A stretch of DNA of 64,000 nucleotides from Paracoccaceae bacterium (GCA_031991825.1 DALYSR010000005.1:816-64815); one strand, 5' to 3'. Positions 1-10,525 are shown, counted from the stretch's first letter. The notes: generated from the sequence alone by a model not told the origin. Made by a program: numbers and translations.

Positions 1-114
1 TTGCAAAGAAATTGAAACATTACCGCGCTTCACGACACGAGCGCGTGAGATATTCGCAGCATTTCTTGCACAAGCCGTGAGCGGGGCGCATCTCTGACGA
101 AAGCGTGAAAGGAA

Positions 115-807
115 ATGGCTATGGCACAACTGCGCAAAATCCTTCTTGTCGATGACGACGACGATCTGCGTGAGGCTTTGTCCGAACAATTGGTGTTGAC
201 CGAAGACTTCGATGTCTTTGAAGCGGCAACCGGTGCCGACGGGATCGAAAAGGCCAAGGCAGGCGCCTATGACCTGATCATTCTGGATGTGGGACTGCCC
301 GACACCGACGGGCGCGAGCTGTGCCGTCGGATGCGCAAGGCGGGCGTCAAATGCCCCGTCATGATGCTGACGGGACATGACAGCGATGCGGATACCATTC
401 TGGGTCTGGATTCGGGCGCGAATGACTATGTGACCAAGCCCTTCAAATTCCCCGTTCTTCTGGCCCGCATCCGGGCGCAACTGCGCCAGCATGAACAATC
501 GGAAGACGCCGTTTTCCAGCTTGGCCCCTATACGTTCAAACCCGCGCAGAAGGTGCTGGTTGACGACAAGGATAAGAAAATCCGTCTCACCGAGAAGGAA
601 ACCAATATCCTGAAGTTCCTGTATCGCGCGCAATCGGGCGTGGTGGCGCGCGAGGTGCTGCTGCATGAAGTCTGGGGCTATAATGCGGGTGTAACCACCC
701 ATACGTTGGAAACCCATATCTACCGCCTGCGTCAGAAGATCGAGCCCGATCCCTCGAATGCGCGTCTGCTGGTCACCGAAAGCGGCGGATATCGGCTGGT
801 TGCCTGA
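115..807 (+). CDS. OmpR/PhoB-family response regulator (receiver plus winged-helix domain); orphan, possibly CenR-like
   Basis: 230-aa ORF. Receiver motifs LLVDDDDD, DLIILDVGLPDTDG, VTKPF. C-terminal winged helix LTEKETNILKFL...THIYRLRQKIE. No histidine kinase in the window. Confidence 0.9.
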   Translation: MAMAQLRKILLVDDDDDLREALSEQLVLTEDFDVFEAATGADGIEKAKAGAYDLIILDVGLPDTDGRELCRRMRKAGVKCPVMMLTGHDSDADTILGLDSGANDYVTKPFKFPVLLARIRAQLRQHEQSEDAVFQLGPYTFKPAQKVLVDDKDKKIRLTEKETNILKFLYRAQSGVVAREVLLHEVWGYNAGVTTHTLETHIYRLRQKIEPDPSNARLLVTESGGYRLVA

Positions 808-940
808 CCTGTGATCCGATTGTGGCATATCGCCCCATTGTGAGCGCGATCTGCCACCCTATATCGGGTCCTATGTGTCGAAAGATACATGTTCCCTTTG
901 CCGTGTCAGGGTTTTGGCACGGCACCTCCCTGTTGGACTT

Positions 941-968
941 GGCCGGGCTTCTGCCCGGCCCTTTTTAT
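941..968 (+). terminator. Intrinsic terminator after the response regulator gene
   Basis: GGCCGGGC-TTCT-GCCCGGCC hairpin (941-960) followed by CTTTTTAT. Confidence 0.7.
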
Positions 969-1057
969 CCTGAAATTGGTGGATAGGGCTTTGGCACGGG
1001 GTTGAGCCTTCGGCCTGCGCCCCCTAATCTCTGCCGATCGTTCAGCGGAGAAAACCT

Positions 1058-1846
1058 ATGTCCTTCACCCTTGCCACTTGGAATATCAACTCCGTGCGTC
1101 TGCGCGAAGCACAAGTGGTGCGCCTGTTGGGCGAGGAATCCCCCGATGTGCTGTGCTTGCAGGAATGCAAAAGCCCCGTCGACAAGATCCCGTTGGAAGG
1201 CTTCCGCGCGCTCGGCTACACCCACATGGTTGCACGGGGGCAGAAGGGTTATAACGGCGTGGCGATCCTGTCGAAGACGCCGCTGGAAGATGTGGGCGAC
1301 CGCGATTACGCCAAACTGGGTCATGCCAGACATGTGATGGCACGGATGGAAAACGGCGTTGTGATCCATAACTGCTATGTGCCCGCCGGTGGCGATGTGC
1401 CCGACCGCGAGCAGAATGTGAAATTCGGCCAGAAGCTGGATTTCCTGACCGATATGCGCGATGCCTTCTTCGCCGATCGTCCGGAAAAGTCGATCCTTGT
1501 CGGCGATCTGAACATCGCCCCGCGTGAAGACGACGTGTGGAACCACAAGCAGCTTACGCGCATCGTCAGCCATACCCCGATCGAGATCGAACATCTGGCG
1601 CAGGCCCAAGATGCGGGCAATTGGGTCGATATCACGCGCAAGGATATTCCCACCGGCAATCTGTATAGCTGGTGGTCCTATCGCTCGCCCGATTGGGACG
1701 CGGCAGATAAGGGCCGTCGTCTGGATCACGTCTGGTCGACGCCCGATATTGCCAATGCCGCGCATTCCAGCCGTATCCTGCGCCCGACGCGTGGCTGGGA
1801 ACAACCCTCGGACCACGTTCCGGTCTTCGCGACTTTCGATCTGTAA
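1058..1846 (+). CDS. xthA: Exodeoxyribonuclease III (AP endonuclease)
   Basis: 262 aa. N-terminus LATWNINSVRLR, LCLQECK, GDLNIAP, C-terminal SDHVPV: typical ExoIII/EEP family signature. Confidence 0.92.
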   Translation: MSFTLATWNINSVRLREAQVVRLLGEESPDVLCLQECKSPVDKIPLEGFRALGYTHMVARGQKGYNGVAILSKTPLEDVGDRDYAKLGHARHVMARMENGVVIHNCYVPAGGDVPDREQNVKFGQKLDFLTDMRDAFFADRPEKSILVGDLNIAPREDDVWNHKQLTRIVSHTPIEIEHLAQAQDAGNWVDITRKDIPTGNLYSWWSYRSPDWDAADKGRRLDHVWSTPDIANAAHSSRILRPTRGWEQPSDHVPVFATFDL

Positions 1847-1876
1847 GGCGTCGGTTTCTAGGACGGAGCGGGGGCT

Positions 1877-3595
1877 TCAACAGCCTTCGCAGCCGCCAGC
1901 CAGCATCCGCCATCGCGGATTGTTGTCGCCGAGGTGGCGCAGCGCGCCCCATGATCCCCATTTTCCGGCGCCGGCCACATCGACGAAAATCATGAAGGGT
2001 TCAGGCGTCAGCTTTGCCCAACCCTGCATGAGCATTTTGTAAAGCTGTGCGATTTCATCGCTGTAGTTGAAAGTGGTGAAGAAATCGGTGATCTCGGGAT
2101 CATCCACGCCTTTGCCCAAGGCCACGATATGGGTGCCGCCTTCATACATGATAAGCGACAAGCCCCAGCGTTTGGCGACATTGGCATGATAGGGCAGGAC
2201 ATGTTCGATCAGCCTTTTGGTCGATGTATCGGATTTGCCGCTGTGACGCGCATCCATCACCTCTTCGAAAGCCAGCGGGATCGCTGTGTCGAAGCGGTGC
2301 TGTGCGATGTAAAGCCGTGCTGCGGGGCCGCTTAAACCTTGGTCCTTGGCTGCTTTTTCGGCGGCTTGGGTCGAATCCGCGATCCAGGATTTCAGCATCG
2401 GCAGCATGGCTTCATCGCCCAGTGGCCCGCCGAAATATCCGGTGACGGCATAGGCGTCGAAATGGGTGGCGGGCGGCGGCAGGCCTTCGGCGCGGATGTT
2501 TTCGCCATCCATCACCATCTCTTCCAATCCCTCCCAGCCGGTCTGGCTTGAGATTACCCGCACCAGACGCGCATCGGCATCGGGGCCGTAGACTTGGGTC
2601 CAGATATCGGCCATCTGGCTGGCGCGCAGGGCGTAATATTCCAGCCAGCGATGTTCGACGCCCCAGCGCGCCAGCGATTGCGCGTTTGCCCAAGCGGCTT
2701 GCTGGAATTGCCAGTTCCAGACTTCGTTGGAAAATTCGACATAGGTTTTCAGCTTGGGGTCAAGCTGGCGATGGACGTAGTCGGCGTAGAAGCGGATAAA
2801 GTCATCATCGGCAAGATGGGGCAGGGTGAACCACGGATCGCTGCCAAGTTCATTGGCCAGCGCCACCATCACCTCAAGGGGCACACCGCGACGGGTGTAG
2901 CTGTAATCGCTGGGCTGGGGGCGCTGATCCAGATGGGCGATCTGGCTGTTATTGGTGTGCATCCAATCCATGAAACGGATGAGCTTGGCCCCCTTCAGCA
3001 CCGCAAGCAGGTCGGGATTGAAGATCTGCCCCGCATCGAACAAGGCAAGGCGATCCTCACGGACCAGCGTCATGTTGCGGATCGGGTCTTGCGGGTCGGT
3101 TTCAAGGATCTTGATGTCGACAATGCCGGGGCCGGGGCGGTAGGTGAAACGGGCCTCGCCCGCGCTGTAATAGGGATTGCTGGCCCGGCCGAAGAATCCA
3201 ATTTTGCCTTTGCCTTCATAGCGCAACACATAACGACCCGCCTCTCCTATCGCCTCGGGGGGGAGATCGGTCAGCACCAGCGCCGAGACGCTTTCAAGTT
3301 CGGGCGGCAGGAAGCGCAGCCAGCCTTGTGCGTCCAGCGCGCCCGCGGCTTGCAGTTCCGCCTCGCCCCAGCCGCCGAATTGGTTGGGCAGATGGCCGGT
3401 CCAGCGCCGCGCGCTTTTCATCAGGTCAAGGAAGGGGAGCTGCGGGCTCCAGTCTTCGATGCCGGTCAGGCCGATCGCCAGATTGGGATTGGTGATCGGT
3501 GGCGGCGATGCGCTGCGCGCCATGCGGTCTTGCGCAAGCGTGAGGCTGGGCAACAAGAGCAGCAGGCTGAACAGAAGCGGCAATAGATGGCGCAT
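1877..3595 (-). CDS. Exported protein of unknown specificity with clan GH-A-like (TIM-barrel glycoside hydrolase) motifs
   Basis: 572 aa. Signal peptide MRHLLPLLFSLLLLLPSLTLAQ. Candidate acid/base motif YVEFSNEVWN and candidate nucleophile LIMYEGGTH. No family recognised with certainty. Confidence 0.7.
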   Translation of the reverse strand: MRHLLPLLFSLLLLLPSLTLAQDRMARSASPPPITNPNLAIGLTGIEDWSPQLPFLDLMKSARRWTGHLPNQFGGWGEAELQAAGALDAQGWLRFLPPELESVSALVLTDLPPEAIGEAGRYVLRYEGKGKIGFFGRASNPYYSAGEARFTYRPGPGIVDIKILETDPQDPIRNMTLVREDRLALFDAGQIFNPDLLAVLKGAKLIRFMDWMHTNNSQIAHLDQRPQPSDYSYTRRGVPLEVMVALANELGSDPWFTLPHLADDDFIRFYADYVHRQLDPKLKTYVEFSNEVWNWQFQQAAWANAQSLARWGVEHRWLEYYALRASQMADIWTQVYGPDADARLVRVISSQTGWEGLEEMVMDGENIRAEGLPPPATHFDAYAVTGYFGGPLGDEAMLPMLKSWIADSTQAAEKAAKDQGLSGPAARLYIAQHRFDTAIPLAFEEVMDARHSGKSDTSTKRLIEHVLPYHANVAKRWGLSLIMYEGGTHIVALGKGVDDPEITDFFTTFNYSDEIAQLYKMLMQGWAKLTPEPFMIFVDVAGAGKWGSWGALRHLGDNNPRWRMLAGGCEGC

Positions 3596-3743
3596 GGTCG
3601 TCCTTTGGCTGGGGCGGGATCTGCGTCGATCAGGGTGAATGCCACGATTATGGGGGGTCTTTGCGGCGGGAATAGGACGGCGCCGCAGCTGCTATGCGGC
3701 GCCCAGCTTTCGCTTTGGGAATGGGGATAATGTGCTAGCACTG

Positions 3744-4073
3744 ATGTCAGGAAAACTGGGGGCTGTCAGGTGGCACCCTGTGGCCGGAGGTGTGCCCGTG
3801 CTGAACTTTCTGCTGGTGGACAGATCGAAATCGGCGCCCCGCTATTACCGCGTGGCGATCGAATATAATCTGTTCGGAGAATATTCGGTGAGCCGCGATT
3901 GGGGGCGGGCGGGCGCGCCTTTGCGCGGCGGACCGGCCTTGGAATGGTTTTCCAATCTGCGCGAGGCCTGTCTGGCGGCCGAAAAGCGGCGCAGGCAGGC
4001 GATGCGGCGGGGCTATCTGGCGCAGGAACAGGTCGCCGAAGCGGTCGGGCGCGGCGGGATGCAATGCGGGTGA
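3744..4073 (+). CDS. WGR domain-containing small protein
   Basis: RYYRVAIEYNLFGEYSVSRDWGRAG...RRGY matches the WGR-domain pattern. Start moved from 3639 to the ATG at 3744 (MSGKLG); the exact start is uncertain. Confidence 0.65.
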   Translation: MSGKLGAVRWHPVAGGVPVLNFLLVDRSKSAPRYYRVAIEYNLFGEYSVSRDWGRAGAPLRGGPALEWFSNLREACLAAEKRRRQAMRRGYLAQEQVAEAVGRGGMQCG

Positions 4074-4305
4074 CAGGGGCGGGGTGAGTGATGCCGCACC
4101 GGCTTTGATGGCTGGCGTCGTCTTCGGGGTTGTCGTTGAAAAGAGTGAGTATTTTGGAAAGGTGCAATGGGGCAGGAGGCGCTCTTTCCTTGGCGTTATC
4201 TTTGGGATGATCCTTGGAACTTGTGGTTTAGCTGGATGACAGTCCCTAGCGTTTGCGGCTAAACTAGCCGGGTTGCCGCGGCGGGGAATTCGGTTGCGGT
4301 GACCA

Positions 4306-6081
4306 ATGAGAAAGCGGCAGGAATCCATGGCAGTGACGGACGACGGCAAGACCGGCTGGAGCAAGGCGATCTGGGGCAAGGCGATAGGTCTGCGTCAGAG
4401 GGTGATGCTGTGGCAGGCGCGGCGGATGCCGAAAGCTGCGGGCTTCGCGCAATCGCCCGAGCCGCTGTCGATCGGGCATTTCGATCGCGCGCGCCAGTTG
4501 ATGGCGGGACAATATCTGTTTGCGGGTCAATTGGTGGAAGCCCCTGATCACGGCTTGTTCCAGATCGCGCCGCCCTCTGAGGATTTCGCGCGCGAGGTGC
4601 ATGGCTTCTTGTGGTTGGAAGATCTGGCGGCCGTGGGGGATGTGAAGGCGCGCGAACTGGTGCAGGCGTGGTGGCGTGATTGGGATGCCGCTTTCGGACA
4701 GGGCCAAAGCCGTGTGGCTTTCGAGCCCGCGGTGATCGGGCGGCGGCTGTTGCGGCTGTTGCATCACGCGGTCTTCTTGCAGCCCGGCTTTACCTTTGAG
4801 GAGCGGCAGGCGTTTTTTGCCAGCTTGAGCCTGCAGGCGCATTATCTGGCCAAGGTCTGGCCGCAGGCGGGCAGCGGGCTTGCGCGGCTTGAGGCTTTGT
4901 CGGGGCTGGTTGCGGCGGGCTTGATCCTGCGCGGGCTGGAAGTGCTTGCGGCGCCCGCATTGACAGCTTTGTCGGATGAAGTGCTGCGCGAGGTTGATGC
5001 GGGAGGCGCGATTGCCAGCCGCAATCCCGAGGAATTATTGGAAATTTGCACGCTGCTGGTCTGGCTGGAGGAAACTCTGGCCAGTGGCGATCGGGCTTTG
5101 CCGCCAGAAATTCAGGCGGGTATCAACCGGATCGCTCCGGTGTTGCGCTTGTTGCGTCATGCCGATGGCAGTCTGGCGCGGTTCCATGACGGGGGCGCGG
5201 GGGCCGAGGGGCGGCTGGATCAGGCCTTGTTCCATGCCGGCGTCAAGCCCGGCCCTGTCAGCGGTCATGCCCATGGTCCCTTGATGGGCTATGTGCGGCT
5301 GTTTGCGGGGCGCAGCTCGCTGATCGTGGATGTGGCATCGCCGCCTGCGGGCGTGCGGGGCCATGCGTCCACTTTGGCGATGGAGCTGACCTCGGGGCGC
5401 AGGCCGTTGATCGTCAATTGCGGATCGGGCGCGCCGTTCGGGCCGTCTTGGCAGCAAGCGGGGAGGGCGACGCCGTCGCATTCGACCTTATGTCTGGAAG
5501 GTGTGTCGTCGTCGCGCTTTGGCAAGAAGGGCAGTCGTGTGCTGGAAGAACGTGCCAGCATCCTGAGCCAACGTCAGATGGAAACCGAGACGGGGGCGGC
5601 GCTACATGCGGCGCATGACGGATGGGCGGGTACCCATGGGCTGACCCATGCGCGCGATCTGGCGATGACGGTGGATGGGCGCCATATCGCCGGATCGGAC
5701 ACTTTGGTTGCCTTGAACCCGCGCGGGCGGGCGCGGTTCGAAAAGCTGGTAGAGGTGAAGGGGGGCGCGCATTTCTTCATCCGCTTCCATCTGCATCCCG
5801 ATGTCGATGCCACTTTGGACATGGGCGGCAATGCCATATCCATGGCGCTGAAGTCCGGCGAGATCTGGGTTTTCCGCCATGACGGGCAGTGCGAATTGAC
5901 GCTAGAGCCGTCTGTCTATCTGGAAAAGGGTCGTTTCGAGCCGCGGGCCTGTAAACAAATGGTTCTTTCTGGCCATGCAAGCAGCTTGGAGACCCGTATT
6001 GGCTGGACCTTGGCGAAGGCGCAGGATACTCCGCTGGCCATTCGTGATCTGGATCGAGAGGGTATCTCGGTCTCCCTCTGA
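4306..6081 (+). CDS. Heparinase II/III family protein
   Basis: 591 aa. The N-terminal GF.QSPEPLSIGHFDRARQLMAGQYLFAGQ pattern and overall length resemble the alphaproteobacterial heparinase II/III-like proteins commonly found upstream of purH. Confidence 0.75.
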   Translation: MRKRQESMAVTDDGKTGWSKAIWGKAIGLRQRVMLWQARRMPKAAGFAQSPEPLSIGHFDRARQLMAGQYLFAGQLVEAPDHGLFQIAPPSEDFAREVHGFLWLEDLAAVGDVKARELVQAWWRDWDAAFGQGQSRVAFEPAVIGRRLLRLLHHAVFLQPGFTFEERQAFFASLSLQAHYLAKVWPQAGSGLARLEALSGLVAAGLILRGLEVLAAPALTALSDEVLREVDAGGAIASRNPEELLEICTLLVWLEETLASGDRALPPEIQAGINRIAPVLRLLRHADGSLARFHDGGAGAEGRLDQALFHAGVKPGPVSGHAHGPLMGYVRLFAGRSSLIVDVASPPAGVRGHASTLAMELTSGRRPLIVNCGSGAPFGPSWQQAGRATPSHSTLCLEGVSSSRFGKKGSRVLEERASILSQRQMETETGAALHAAHDGWAGTHGLTHARDLAMTVDGRHIAGSDTLVALNPRGRARFEKLVEVKGGAHFFIRFHLHPDVDATLDMGGNAISMALKSGEIWVFRHDGQCELTLEPSVYLEKGRFEPRACKQMVLSGHASSLETRIGWTLAKAQDTPLAIRDLDREGISVSL

Positions 6082-6097
6082 CTAAGGGTTAAGCACA

Positions 6098-7687
6098 ATG
6101 ACCAACCTCGTCCCCGTCGGCCGCGCGCTGATTTCCGTCTCTGACAAAACCGGCCTGCTAGAGCTTGCCCAAGAGCTGCATGGCTTTGGCGTCGAGCTGC
6201 TGTCGACCGGCGGCACCGCAGCCATGCTGCGCGATGCGGGCCTTCCCGTGAAGGACGTCTCGGAAGTGACCGGCTTCCCTGAAATGATGGATGGTCGTGT
6301 AAAGACCCTGCATCCGAAAGTGCATGGCGGCCTGTTGGCGCTGCGCGACAATGCCGAACATATCGGCGCGATGGAAACCCATGGGATCCAGGCGATCGAC
6401 CTGCTGATCGTCAATCTCTACCCGTTTGAGGCGACCGTCGCCAAGGGTGCCGATTACGACGATTGCATCGAGAATATCGATATCGGCGGTCCGGCGATGA
6501 TCCGTGCGGCCGCGAAGAACCATGCTTTCGTGTCGGTGATCACCGATGCGGCGGATTACGCGCCGCTCTTGGCCCAGCTGAAAGCCAATGGCGGTCAGAC
6601 CGAGCTGGCCTTCCGCCAGAAGCTGGCTTTGTCGGCCTATGCGCGTACGGCGGCCTATGACACCGCCGTCTCGACCTGGATGGCCAAAGAGCTGGAAGAA
6701 AATGCGCCGCGCAACCGGTCCTTTGCCGGCAAGCTGGCACAGACCCTGCGTTACGGTGAAAACCCGCATCAGAAAGCGGCCTTCTATCTGGACGGGTCGG
6801 ACCGTGCGGGTGTTGCGACTGCCAAGCAGTGGCAGGGCAAGGAATTGTCCTACAACAACATCAACGACACCGATGCGGCCTTTGAATTGGTGGCCGAGTT
6901 CGACCCGAAAGACGGTCCGGCTTGTGCGATCATCAAACATGCCAACCCTTGCGGTGTGGGCCGTGGCGCATCGCTGAAAGAAGCCTATGTACGCGCGTTC
7001 CAATGCGACCAGACCTCGGCTTTCGGCGGCATCATTGCGCTGAACCAAGAGCTGGATGCGCAAACCGCGGAAGAGATCTGCAAGATCTTTACCGAAGTCG
7101 TGATCGCGCCTTCGGCGACCGAAGAGGCGAAGGCCATCTTCGCGGCGAAAAAGAACCTGCGTCTGCTGACCACCGGCGGTCTGCCGGACCCGCGTGCGGG
7201 CGGCTTGTCGTTCAAGCAGGTCTCGGGCGGTTTGCTGGTGCAAGATCGCGACAATGGTGCGATTTCGCTGGAGGATCTGCGGGTTGTCACCAAGCGCGCG
7301 CCGACTGAGGCCGAAATGGCCGATCTGCTGTTCGCTTGGAAAGTCGCCAAGCACGTCAAGTCGAACGCGATTGTCTATGTGAAGGACAGCGCGACCGTCG
7401 GCGTGGGTGCAGGCCAGATGAGCCGTGTGGATTCGACCCGTATCGCTGCGCGCAAATCGCAAGACATGGCCGATGTGCTGGGTCTGGATCAGCCGCTGAC
7501 CAAGGGGTCGGTCGTGGCATCGGATGCCTTCTTCCCGTTCCCCGACGGGCTGCTGACCGCGGCCGAGGCGGGGGCAACCGCAGTCATCCAACCCGGTGGC
7601 AGCATGAATGACGACAAGGTGATCGCCGCCGCGGACGAAGCCGGTTTGGCGATGGTCTTCACCGGTATGCGCCACTTCCGCCACTAA
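6098..7687 (+). CDS. purH: Bifunctional AICAR formyltransferase / IMP cyclohydrolase
   Basis: 529 aa. [27 protein letters not shown]-terminal TGMRHFRH: unmistakable PurH. Confidence 0.97.
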   Translation: MTNLVPVGRALISVSDKTGLLELAQELHGFGVELLSTGGTAAMLRDAGLPVKDVSEVTGFPEMMDGRVKTLHPKVHGGLLALRDNAEHIGAMETHGIQAIDLLIVNLYPFEATVAKGADYDDCIENIDIGGPAMIRAAAKNHAFVSVITDAADYAPLLAQLKANGGQTELAFRQKLALSAYARTAAYDTAVSTWMAKELEENAPRNRSFAGKLAQTLRYGENPHQKAAFYLDGSDRAGVATAKQWQGKELSYNNINDTDAAFELVAEFDPKDGPACAIIKHANPCGVGRGASLKEAYVRAFQCDQTSAFGGIIALNQELDAQTAEEICKIFTEVVIAPSATEEAKAIFAAKKNLRLLTTGGLPDPRAGGLSFKQVSGGLLVQDRDNGAISLEDLRVVTKRAPTEAEMADLLFAWKVAKHVKSNAIVYVKDSATVGVGAGQMSRVDSTRIAARKSQDMADVLGLDQPLTKGSVVASDAFFPFPDGLLTAAEAGATAVIQPGGSMNDDKVIAAADEAGLAMVFTGMRHFRH

Positions 7688-7727
7688 GCGGGGCATCCGG
7701 CGGCGAAAATCCGCGAAAAATCGGGAA

Positions 7728-7763
7728 GGGTCGGCATCGCTTGGGTGCCGACCCTTTTCATTT
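7728..7763 (+). terminator. Intrinsic terminator after purH
   Basis: GGGTCGGCA (7728-7736) pairs with TGCCGACCC (7746-7754), followed by TTTTCATTT. Confidence 0.7.
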
Positions 7764-7842
7764 GGCCAAGCGGAAGTCTTTCCAAACCGCGCGGATGCCC
7801 ATACACCTTGGCCTCAATGTAATTCTGGTGGGGCACGGCGCC

Positions 7843-8358
7843 ATGAAACTGGCTTGGATCGTCGCGGGCGCGACTTTCGGTGTGGATCAGCTGAGCAAGC
7901 TGGCGGTGGTGCAGGGGATGAACCTGATCGATCATGGCGTGATCGATGTCTGGCCGCCTTATCTGAACTTCCGCATGGCGTGGAACCAAGGGATCAACTT
8001 CGGCCTGATGTCGGGCCAGTCGCAGATCACCCGCTGGGTGTTGATCGTGGTGTCTTTGGTGATCACGCTATGGGTCTGGCGTTGGGTCAGCCGCACCAAC
8101 CCCGGTCGTCTGGCGCAAGCGGCGGCGGGTCTGTTGATCGGCGGCGCGCTTGGCAATGTGATCGACCGCGTGGTCTATGGGGCCGTGGCCGATTTCCTGA
8201 ACATGTCCTGCTGCGGTATCGAAAATCCCTATGCCTTCAACGTGGCCGATATCGCGATCTTTGCCGGCGCCTTGGGGCTGGTGCTTTTCACCGGCGGTGA
8301 CACGTCTAAAGCCCAATCCAAAGCCAAGCCGAAAGCCAAGGATGGAAAGACATCGTGA
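7843..8358 (+). CDS. lspA: Lipoprotein signal peptidase (signal peptidase II)
   Basis: DQLSK, NxGxxFG (WNQGINFGL), GGALGNVIDR, FNVAD motifs. Start set at ATG 7843 (MKLAWIV). Confidence 0.9.
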   Translation: MKLAWIVAGATFGVDQLSKLAVVQGMNLIDHGVIDVWPPYLNFRMAWNQGINFGLMSGQSQITRWVLIVVSLVITLWVWRWVSRTNPGRLAQAAAGLLIGGALGNVIDRVVYGAVADFLNMSCCGIENPYAFNVADIAIFAGALGLVLFTGGDTSKAQSKAKPKAKDGKTS

Positions 8359-8411
8359 CGCAGCGATTTTGTTGGGTTAAGAGGGATCGACAAGGTGAAT
8401 TGGAGGCGGGT

Positions 8412-8933
8412 ATGCGGGCAGGACGGCTGATCCTCGCGTTAAGCGTCGCGGGTATCGTGGCAGGCTGCGGCACCGGTGATGACGAGCTGCGGCTGATGAA
8501 TGTCCGCTCGACGTCTTCGGGACCGGACGAGTTTTCGATTGTGCCGCCCAAGTCCTTGGAAATGCCCAAGGACCTGCGCGCATTGCCCGAACCTACCCCA
8601 GGTGGGCGCAATCTGACCGATCAGGATCCGGAAGCCGATGCGATCATCGCGCTTGGCGGTAATCCGCGCGCGGGCGTGGCAGGGGATGCGGCGCTTGTTT
8701 CGGCAGTTTCGCGCAATGGCGTGACGCAAAATGTTCGTTCGGCCTTGGCGGTCGAAGATCTGGAACATCGCAAGAAGAACAAGGGCCGCTTCTTGGACCG
8801 CTTGTTCGGCAACAACACCTATCACCGCGCCTATAACGATCAATCGCTCGATCAGAGCAAGGAAATCTGGCGCTGGCGTAGCGCGGGGGCCAAGACACCG
8901 TCTGCGCCGCCGCCGGTCGAGAAGAAGCGGTAA
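8412..8933 (+). CDS. DUF3035-like lipoprotein (BamF-like)
   Basis: Lipobox LSVAGIVAGC at the N-terminus. SSGPDEFSIVPPKSLEMPKDL segment resembles DUF3035. ATG 8412 is preceded by GGAGG. Confidence 0.65.
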   Translation: MRAGRLILALSVAGIVAGCGTGDDELRLMNVRSTSSGPDEFSIVPPKSLEMPKDLRALPEPTPGGRNLTDQDPEADAIIALGGNPRAGVAGDAALVSAVSRNGVTQNVRSALAVEDLEHRKKNKGRFLDRLFGNNTYHRAYNDQSLDQSKEIWRWRSAGAKTPSAPPPVEKKR

Positions 8934-8955
8934 CATCTTCCGCGCTAACGAATTG

Positions 8956-8990
8956 AAAACGCCGATCTTCTGGGTCGGCGTTTTGCTTTC
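8956..8990 (+). terminator. Intrinsic terminator after the DUF3035 gene
   Basis: AAAACGCCGA ... TCGGCGTTTT hairpin followed by GCTTTC. Confidence 0.7.
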
Positions 8991-9109
8991 ATCCTGTCAC
9001 GTTAGCGTGGCCTTGGCGGCTGGCCCCTTGCGCCCGCCGCCTGCCTTGCTAGCTTTCCGCGCCAAGAGGTGGCTCCATGGCGGGTCGTCTGGCTGAGGAA
9101 AGGGAAGCG

Positions 9110-10525
9110 ATGTTGCGTCATTTGCTGCGAACGACGGTTTTGGTATCGGGCCTTTCGGTCTTGGGACTATTGGCTCCGGTCATGGCGCAAGACGCGCCTG
9201 CGCAAATCGGCCATAACCAAGCGGATGCGGGCGATGATGTGACCCATTTCACCTTGCCCAACGGGCTGGAGGTGGTGGTGATCGAAGATCATCGCGCGCC
9301 GGTGGTGACCCATATGGTGTGGTATCGCACGGGGTCGGCCGATGAAACGCCGGGCCATTCCGGCATTGCGCATTTTCTGGAACATCTGATGTTCAAGGGC
9401 ACCGATGATGTGGGGCCGGGTGAATTTTCGTCGATCGTCGAAGCGCAGGGCGGCAGCGACAATGCCTTCACCTCCTATGATTACACCGCCTATTTCCAGC
9501 GTGTCGCGTCCGATCGGCTGGATCTGATGATGAAGCTGGAAGCCGACCGGATGCGCGATTTGCGATTGACCGAAGATGTCATCGTCACCGAACGCAATGT
9601 GGTGATCGAAGAACGCAGGCAGCGCACCGATTCCAGCCCCGATGCCTTGATGGGCGAACAGATGCGCGCGGCGCAATATCTGAACCATCCCTATGGCATC
9701 CCGATCATTGGCTGGAAACACGAGCTTGAGAAGTTAAGCCTGCAAGACGCCTTGGACCATTACGGCCGCTTCTATGCGCCCAATAACGCGATCATGGTGG
9801 TGGCGGGCGATGTGACCCCCGATGCGGTGCGCCAGATGGCGGAAACGCATTACGGCCCGCTCAAGCCCTCGGAGGCCATCGTGCCCCGCCTGCGCCCGCA
9901 GGAGCCGCCGCAATTGTCCGAACGCCGCATGAGCATGACGGATTCGCGGGTATCCGAACCCTATGTCAGCCGCAGCTATCTGGCGCCGGAACGCGATTCC
10001 GGTGACCAGCGCAAGGCGGCGGCTTTGACCATATTGGCGGAACTGCTGGGCGGGTCCGGCCAGACATCGCTGCTGGCCGAAGCTTTGCAGTTCGGCCCCG
10101 ATCCGGTCGCGATCTATGCCAGCGCCTATTACGATGGCACTGCGGTCGACAAAGGCACCTTCAATCTGGTGTTGGCCCCCGCGCCCGATGTCAGCCTGAC
10201 CGATGCCGAAGCGGCGATGGACAAGGTTCTGGCCGATTTCCTTGAACAGGGGCCGGATGCCGAAGATTTCGCCCGTATCAAGACGCAGGTCCGTGCGGCT
10301 CAGATTTATGCGCGAGACAATGTCGACGGCTTGGCACGACGCTATGGCGAGGCCTTGGCCGTGGGGCTGACGCTGCAGGATGTGAAGGACTGGCCCGCGC
10401 TTTTGCAAGACATTTCCGCCGACGAAGTGGTTGCCGCCGCGCGCGAAGTTCTGGATCGCAAACAAGCGGTGACCGGATGGATCATGCCCGAAGCCCAACC
10501 TGCCGCCCAAGAAGGAGCCCAGTGA
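9110..10525 (+). CDS. M16 family zinc metallopeptidase (pitrilysin-like, catalytic subunit)
   Basis: HxxEH zinc motif (GIAHFLEHLMFKG) and a signal-like N-terminus MLRHLLRTTVLVSGLSVLGLLAPVMAQ. Start moved to ATG 9110. Confidence 0.9.
   Translation: MLRHLLRTTVLVSGLSVLGLLAPVMAQDAPAQIGHNQADAGDDVTHFTLPNGLEVVVIEDHRAPVVTHMVWYRTGSADETPGHSGIAHFLEHLMFKGTDDVGPGEFSSIVEAQGGSDNAFTSYDYTAYFQRVASDRLDLMMKLEADRMRDLRLTEDVIVTERNVVIEERRQRTDSSPDALMGEQMRAAQYLNHPYGIPIIGWKHELEKLSLQDALDHYGRFYAPNNAIMVVAGDVTPDAVRQMAETHYGPLKPSEAIVPRLRPQEPPQLSERRMSMTDSRVSEPYVSRSYLAPERDSGDQRKAAALTILAELLGGSGQTSLLAEALQFGPDPVAIYASAYYDGTAVDKGTFNLVLAPAPDVSLTDAEAAMDKVLADFLEQGPDAEDFARIKTQVRAAQIYARDNVDGLARRYGEALAVGLTLQDVKDWPALLQDISADEVVAAAREVLDRKQAVTGWIMPEAQPAAQEGAQ

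Noticed and set aside
3639-3743. N-terminal extensions in the ORF track. Examples: WGR gene from 3639, lspA from 7741, pnp from 21534, the exported protein from 21525, rpmI from 34956, chvE from 47086, dehydrogenase from 53728
   Set aside because: The extensions overlap upstream genes or intergenic signals and lack SD sequences. They also precede family-typical N-termini or signal peptides that begin at internal ATG/GTG codons, so the starts were trimmed.
6158-7696. 512-aa ORF antisense to purH. Similar cases: 44101-46080 versus fadH, 10342-11823 versus the M16 peptidase, 35188-36618 versus pyk, 40447-41442 versus plsC/ftsX, 52619-54214 versus the dehydratase
   Set aside because: All are mirror-frame ORFs opposite genes with strong family evidence. 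None shows a signal, domain motif or plausible ribosome-binding site.
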